From the IMG/VR virus record IMGVR_UViG_3300028275_000007: a stretch of DNA of 64,000 bases. One strand, 5' to 3'. Of this stretch, positions 58,083-64,000 are shown in pieces. A program made the position numbers and the translations under genes. This stretch comes from a virus. Lineage: Duplodnaviria > Caudoviricetes. Every line of letters starts with the position of its first letter. Within the stretch, counting starts at the first letter, position 1. Below the pieces are notes generated by a model. The model was not told the DNA's origin. It searched no databases and was given only the letters and a program-made list of their open reading frames with translations.

Positions 58083-61000
58083 ATGGCAGATAAATTTTAT
58101 CCTAAGAGCAACTTACCAATTAGAAGAACAGTTGAGCTATTGCCTTCTGTTTTTCAAACATCTAGTAACGATAAGTTTTTATCAGGAGTATTAGATCCTT
58201 TAGTCCAGCCTGGCGTATTAGATAAGGTTGTTGGATATGTAGGAAGAAGATACGAAAAAACTTACACTGGCACTGATGTATATGTAGATACAGACAATAC
58301 TTTAAGAAGCAGATACCAATTAGAACCCGGTGTTGTTTATAAAAATCTTAATAAAATTGAAAATTTTTATGACTACCTTGACTTTAAAAATCAGTTAAAG
58401 TTTTTTGGAAACATTGATGAGCGTGACGACAAGATAACAGAACAAGAACATTATACTTGGAATCCTCCTGTTGATTGGGATAAGTTTATTAATTACAGAG
58501 AATACTACTGGCAACCAAGCGGTCCGCCAAGTTTACCTATATACGGCCAAACCGCCAAGGTAACAAGTACATATAAAGTTGTTTTAGGAACAACAGGAAA
58601 CTCTTTTGTATTCACTCCTGATTCTTATACAAACAATCCTACAATTACTTTGTACAGGGGACAAACATATAAGTTTAAAGTTAATGCTCCGGGAGAAGGA
58701 TTTTCTATTAGAACAAACTATGATACCGGTTCATTAATTTTCCAACCTTATCACTCTTATAAAGCAGGAAGCCTTGCAGTTTATGATGGAAACCTATGGA
58801 AAGCTAAAAGAGATATTTCGCCAAGTGACGGCAGCTCTATTAGTATAGATAGTCAAGACTGGGAGTTTGTCGACCTAGCATCGTCGACTACTGCGTTAGA
58901 ATATTCTAACGGTGTAACAAATAACGGAACTCAGAATGGTACTTTAACATTTGAAGTGCCCTACGATGCTCCGGACACTTTATATTATCAAGGATTAATA
59001 ACTCCAGATCGCTTTGGAAAATTTTTAATTGCCGACATAGAATCAAATTCTTTCATTAATATTAATAAAGATATTATTGGAAAATCTCAATACACTTCTA
59101 GCAACGGAATAGAATTATCAAGTGGAATGATTGTCGAATTTAGAGGAAACGTAACTCCTGCTGAGTACTCTCATAATAATTGGTTAGTCGAAGGAGTAGG
59201 CGATGCTATTACACTAACAAGATTCGATAGTCTGGTCGTTCCTGTATTGACAACAGATGTACCGGAAGTTTTATTTGACAATGAAGGATTTGATACGCAA
59301 CCGTTTGACGATGCGACCGCATATCCAACATATAAAGATTATACAACAATTCGAAGAGATAGTAGAGATTTAAATCCCTGGAGTCGATATAACAGATGGT
59401 TTCATAGATCTGTTTTAGAAAAATCATATTCCTTAAGAGGAGAAGATTTTCCAGCAACTGAATCTTTAAGAGCAAAAAGACCTATTATCGAATTTAAACC
59501 AAATCTACAGTTATATAACTTTGGTTCTGTAGCTAAACAAACAGTTGATTATTTAGATACAAATACTACTGATATTTTTAGTATCATAGAAGGTAGTTCT
59601 GGTTACAACATTGACGGTGAGTTTTTATTTGAAGGCGCAAGAGTTTTATTTGTTGCTGATACTGATAGTCTTGCAAATAATAAAATTTATGAAGTACAAT
59701 TTATAACACATAATAATCTACGCCAAATACATTTAAAAGAAGCCTTAGATAGCGAATCTGCTGTTGGTAGTTGTTTATTAATTAGACGCGGCAATAAAAA
59801 TTCTGGCAAGATGTTCCATTTCACAGGAACAGCTTGGAAAGAAAGCCAGCAAAAAATTACAGTTAATCAAAGTCCAATGTTTGACGGGTTTGACAACAAC
59901 GGAATAAGTTTTTCTAATGAAGATACATATCCGACTAATACGTTTGTTGGTACTGAAATTTTAAGTTATAAAGTTGGCTCTAGTGTTGTTGATAAAGAAT
60001 TAGGATTTAGTATAAGTTATCTCAACATCAATAATATCGGAGACATACAATTTAATTGGTCTTGGGATTCTGCTAAATTTGAATATGTGATCGATAGAGT
60101 TACATATTCTAAAGATCTAGCCACCGGCTTCTATAAATTTAACAACATCAACGGAGATGATTATCAAAACGGTTGGTTGCTAGCAGATACAAAATATTTT
60201 CAACCTATCATTGACAGTCAAATTGTAAAAGAATCTACAAACATTTTAACTTTTAATACTGTAAGATGGGAAAATCTCAAAGAAGATAACGAAATTAATT
60301 TTTATGTTAACGGTACAAAGTATCTTGGAGACTGGACACGAACTCTAGGAACTTTTACATTCTCAACAACATTTGAAATAAATGATGCAGTTTCTTTGAA
60401 ATTAATTTCAGACATTGAACCAGACCAAGGATATTACGAAATTCCTGTAGGTCTTGAAAAGAATCCATTTAACGATAATTTAATAACATTTACTCTTGGC
60501 CAAGCAATTGATCATTTAACAACTGCATTAGAGTTTAATATTGATATTACTGGCATAGTTCCAGGAAATTCTAATTTGCGTGATATATCTAATTTCCAAA
60601 AATTTGGAAAACGATTTTTAAAACATTCTGGTTTAACTCCAGTAGTGTTGATGTCGCTATGCGATAAAACTCATAATATTGTTAAATCAATACAGTATTC
60701 TAAGCAGTCATATACAGAATTTAAAAATAATTTCTTATCAAGAGCATTAGAAATAGATTACAATGATAATATTCCAGATTTTGTCGATGAGATTATAAAC
60801 AGTTTAACAAAAACTAAAAATTCAACAAATCAATTTTCAGAGTCCGATATGATTGGTAGCGGAGCATTCACTTCAATAGTATATGAAGTTGATGATCCAG
60901 GAATAAAAACATTTTCTCTTAGCACGAAATTTGATTTATCTACTCCTAGCAGTAGAGCCGTTTACGTTTATTTTAACGGAAACCAATTATTAAATTCTCA

Positions 61001-64000
61001 AGATTACACATTTAATTCTACTTTTGGTTTTGTACAGTTATCAGTTAATTTAACCGAAGGTGATGTAATTGAAATTAGAGAATATGTTTCTACATCTTCG
61101 AACTATATTCCAGCAACTCCAACGTCAATGGGATTGTATAAAAAATATACTCCAATGAAATTTGTTGATGATACCTATGTAGAACCAAGAGAAGTTATTC
61201 AAGGTCACGACGGTAGCATTTCAGCAACATATGGCGATTTTAGAGATGATCTATTATTAGAATTAGAATATAGAATTTATAATAATATCAAACAAGAATA
61301 CAATGAAGACATTTTTAATATAGACGATATTGTTGGCGGTTACTACGGTGTCGGATTATATAAAAAATCTCAATTGGACATTATAGTGTCTCAAGAATTT
61401 TTAAAATGGATTCAAAATACAAATATTAATTATACATTAAATTCTTATTTTGACAGTCAAAATTCTTTTACATATACCTACACAAATATGACAGATCCTA
61501 CAAGGTCTGAAAATTTACCAGGGTATTGGAGAGGTGTGTATCAATATTTCTACGATACTGATCGACCACATCGTTGTCCTTGGGAAATGTTGGGCTTTAG
61601 TGAAAAACCAACTTGGTGGGAAAGTGAATACGGCCCTGCACCTTATACTAGAGGAAATTTAATTCTTTGGGAAGATTTAGCAAACGGAATTATACGTCAA
61701 GGTACAAGAAAGGGCAGATACGCTCGATATACAAGGGATACATTACTATCTCATATTCCTGTAGACGACGAAGGTCGTTTATTGAGCCCATTAGATTCTG
61801 GATTAGCTAGAGATTTTTCATTAATTAACAATCAAGGATCGTTCGTATTAGGCGATATAGCTCCTGTCGAATACGCATGGAGATCAAGTTCTGAATGGCC
61901 ATTTGCTGTTGTAATAGCAATGGCATTAATGAGACCGTTTGAATTTATTTCGAATAATTTTAACAAAGACGGAGTATCTTTAAACAACCTAGGACAAACA
62001 ATTTATTCGTCTACTGGCAAATTTATTACAAAAGAAAATTATGGTCAATCAACTGACAATATAGTTGGTCTTGGAAAATATATTATCGATTATGTAAAAT
62101 CAAAAGGTATCGATGAAACTACCTTATGGGATAAGATTAATAATATTGATGTACAAATATCGCATAGAATGTCTGGATTTGTTGACCAGCAACAACAAAA
62201 ATTTTTATTAGACTCTAAGAGTCCAGCAGCATCGTCATCTAGCGTATATGTTCCTCCAGAGAACTACGATATTATTTTTAATGTAAGTTCTCCTATTGCT
62301 AGCTTGTCTTACAGCGGAGTAATTATAGAAAAAAATTCAAGCGGGTGGGTGTTAAAAGGCTATGACGATATACAACCATATTTTAATTATTTCCAAGCAC
62401 TTCCAAACCAACGAGATCCTATTATATCTGTTGGCGGCACAAGTGAGAATTTCTTAGACTGGCAAGCTAATAAATTATACTCTAATGGAATATTAGTGAG
62501 ATATGCCAACGAATTTTATAGAGCACTTAAATCTCACACCAGCGGAGATGTATTTGACATTGATCTATGGAAAAAAGTAGCAGGAATTCCAAAAACTGGA
62601 GCAGTAGAAGCAAGCGGTAGAAGAACATTTAACACACTGGTAGTTAAACGTCTAAGTTACGGAACACAATTTACAACTATTCAACAGGTTGTTGATTTCC
62701 TATTGGGGTACGAAGCCTATCTCAAATCAGTAGGATTTATATTTGATAATTACGATCCTGAAAATAAAGTATCGCAAGACTGGCTATCTGCTGCAAAAGA
62801 ATTTATGTTCTGGACCAAGCACAGCTGGCAAGTCGGATCGTTGATCTCACTAAGCCCTGCAGCACAAAAAGTTAACATAACAGTTCCTGTTGGCGTTGCT
62901 GATAGCGTATTAGAAGGATTTTACAATTATCAAGTTCTTAAAGGTGACGGTAAACCTCTGCAACCAAAATATATTGATGTTAGCAGAAATTTTCAAAATA
63001 TCACAGTTACTACCACAAATACCACTGACGGTATTTACTATCTAAAGTTATTTTATGTTCTGAAAGAACACGTAACTATTTTTGACGATAAAACAGTTTT
63101 TAACGATACTATCTATGACAAGACAACCGGTTACCGTCAAGGAAGAATAAAAGTACACGGATATAGAACAACCGATTGGGACGGAGATTATACCAGCCCA
63201 GGATTCTTATTTGATAATGTTAATATACAACCTTGGGTACCATATACTGATTACAAGTTAGGCGATATTGTTTCTTATAAATCTTACAATTGGACTAGCT
63301 TGATTAATCAGCCGGGCTCTCAAACATTTAATGATGCCTATTGGAGCAAGTTAGATACAACTCCAGAAAAACAGTTAGTTCCTAACTTCGATTACAAAAT
63401 TAAAGGGTTCTCTGATTATTTTGAAGTAACGTCAGACGGCCTAGACAAGAGTCACAGAGATTTAGCTCGTCATACAATAGGATATCAAACTAGAAATTAT
63501 CTACAGAATCTTTCAGAAGATCCAGTTACACAATTTCAAATATATCAAGGATTTGTTCGTGAAAAAGGAACAGCAAATTCGATTACAAAAATATTTGGAA
63601 AATTAAGTCGTTCAGAAACTGATAGTATTTCTCTCAACGAAGAATGGGCATTTTTAGTAGGAAAAGTCGGAGGCGTTGATCAGCTTACTGAAGTTGAAAT
63701 ACAAATTGAAAAAAATAAATTAGAAGTTAACCCTCAACAATTTTTAATAGAAACTACTAAGTCTGCTTTAACTACAGATCAAAAGTATAGAATAACTTCT
63801 TCTGATTTTACAATAGTACCAACCCCATTTAATGTTAATATATCACCCACTGCTGATTTATCTTGCCCTTATACCGCAGGATATATTACTTCGACTACTA
63901 TTGATCATTCTATTAAGACAAGAGAAGATTTATTAACTTTAGATATAAATTCTATAAAAGAAAATGATCACATTTGGGTTACGTTTGAAAAAGATTCTTG
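58083..64000 (+). CDS. Giant baseplate wedge-like protein (gp7 position), partial, >1970 aa
   Basis: ATG at 58083 (MADKFYPKSNLPIRRTVELLP). Absent from the track, consistent with no stop; the same frame reads ENDHIWVTFEKDS at the edge. Not every codon was checked. Confidence 0.75.
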   Translation, partial: MADKFYPKSNLPIRRTVELLPSVFQTSSNDKFLSGVLDPLVQPGVLDKVVGYVGRRYEKTYTGTDVYVDTDNTLRSRYQLEPGVVYKNLNKIENFYDYLDFKNQLKFFGNIDERDDKITEQEHYTWNPPVDWDKFINYREYYWQPSGPPSLPIYGQTAKVTSTYKVVLGTTGNSFVFTPDSYTNNPTITLYRGQTYKFKVNAPGEGFSIRTNYDTGSLIFQPYHSYKAGSLAVYDGNLWKAKRDISPSDGSSISIDSQDWEFVDLASSTTALEYSNGVTNNGTQNGTLTFEVPYDAPDTLYYQGLITPDRFGKFLIADIESNSFININKDIIGKSQYTSSNGIELSSGMIVEFRGNVTPAEYSHNNWLVEGVGDAITLTRFDSLVVPVLTTDVPEVLFDNEGFDTQPFDDATAYPTYKDYTTIRRDSRDLNPWSRYNRWFHRSVLEKSYSLRGEDFPATESLRAKRPIIEFKPNLQLYNFGSVAKQTVDYLDTNTTDIFSIIEGSSGYNIDGEFLFEGARVLFVADTDSLANNKIYEVQFITHNNLRQIHLKEALDSESAVGSCLLIRRGNKNSGKMFHFTGTAWKESQQKITVNQSPMFDGFDNNGISFSNEDTYPTNTFVGTEILSYKVGSSVVDKELGFSISYLNINNIGDIQFNWSWDSAKFEYVIDRVTYSKDLATGFYKFNNINGDDYQNGWLLADTKYFQPIIDSQIVKESTNILTFNTVRWENLKEDNEINFYVNGTKYLGDWTRTLGTFTFSTTFEINDAVSLKLISDIEPDQGYYEIPVGLEKNPFNDNLITFTLGQAIDHLTTALEFNIDITGIVPGNSNLRDISNFQKFGKRFLKHSGLTPVVLMSLCDKTHNIVKSIQYSKQSYTEFKNNFLSRALEIDYNDNIPDFVDEIINSLTKTKNSTNQFSESDMIGSGAFTSIVYEVDDPGIKTFSLSTKFDLSTPSSRAVYVYFNGNQLLNSQDYTFNSTFGFVQLSVNLTEGDVIEIREYVSTSSNYIPATPTSMGLYKKYTPMKFVDDTYVEPREVIQGHDGSISATYGDFRDDLLLELEYRIYNNIKQEYNEDIFNIDDIVGGYYGVGLYKKSQLDIIVSQEFLKWIQNTNINYTLNSYFDSQNSFTYTYTNMTDPTRSENLPGYWRGVYQYFYDTDRPHRCPWEMLGFSEKPTWWESEYGPAPYTRGNLILWEDLANGIIRQGTRKGRYARYTRDTLLSHIPVDDEGRLLSPLDSGLARDFSLINNQGSFVLGDIAPVEYAWRSSSEWPFAVVIAMALMRPFEFISNNFNKDGVSLNNLGQTIYSSTGKFITKENYGQSTDNIVGLGKYIIDYVKSKGIDETTLWDKINNIDVQISHRMSGFVDQQQQKFLLDSKSPAASSSSVYVPPENYDIIFNVSSPIASLSYSGVIIEKNSSGWVLKGYDDIQPYFNYFQALPNQRDPIISVGGTSENFLDWQANKLYSNGILVRYANEFYRALKSHTSGDVFDIDLWKKVAGIPKTGAVEASGRRTFNTLVVKRLSYGTQFTTIQQVVDFLLGYEAYLKSVGFIFDNYDPENKVSQDWLSAAKEFMFWTKHSWQVGSLISLSPAAQKVNITVPVGVADSVLEGFYNYQVLKGDGKPLQPKYIDVSRNFQNITVTTTNTTDGIYYLKLFYVLKEHVTIFDDKTVFNDTIYDKTTGYRQGRIKVHGYRTTDWDGDYTSPGFLFDNVNIQPWVPYTDYKLGDIVSYKSYNWTSLINQPGSQTFNDAYWSKLDTTPEKQLVPNFDYKIKGFSDYFEVTSDGLDKSHRDLARHTIGYQTRNYLQNLSEDPVTQFQIYQGFVREKGTANSITKIFGKLSRSETDSISLNEEWAFLVGKVGGVDQLTEVEIQIEKNKLEVNPQQFLIETTKSALTTDQKYRITSSDFTIVPTPFNVNISPTADLSCPYTAGYITSTTIDHSIKTREDLLTLDINSIKENDHIWVTFEKDS

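Overview
This is a gene-dense, AT-rich 64 kb segment of a large T4-like (gp23-type capsid) contractile-tailed phage. Left to right it holds: (i) a minus-strand late region of fibre and virion-appendage genes, including two giant paralogous fibres (2764 and 1822 aa), three paralogous ~10%-Cys glycine-motif proteins, a tail-fibre-chaperone-like gene, a GT9-like glycosyltransferase and a NodU/CmcH carbamoyltransferase; (ii) the head module (gp20 portal, a Maf/CstII-like protein, acidic core protein, gp21, gp22, gp23); (iii) a tape-measure-like gene divergent from a gp26/gp51-like chaperone pair joined by a -1 slippery site; (iv) three probable internal head proteins; (v) a ~500 nt non-coding, highly foldable region directly downstream of an Hc1/AT-hook gene and a GIY-YIG nuclease gene; (vi) gp46/gp47 and the gp55 late sigma factor; (vii) a plus-strand baseplate module (tube initiator, gp53, hub, gp5, gp25, gp6 and a giant gp7-like ORF running off the right edge). 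Best leads: the candidate large structured RNA behind the GIY-YIG gene, the Cys-rich adhesin plus glycosyl/carbamoyl-transferase locus, a pseudoknotted late-gene leader, and the G/GT-type frameshift. No tRNA, rRNA, CRISPR array, integrase, transposase or reverse transcriptase was recognised. Family assignments come from motif recognition by eye and RNA folds from manual base-pairing; no searches or folding programs were run.
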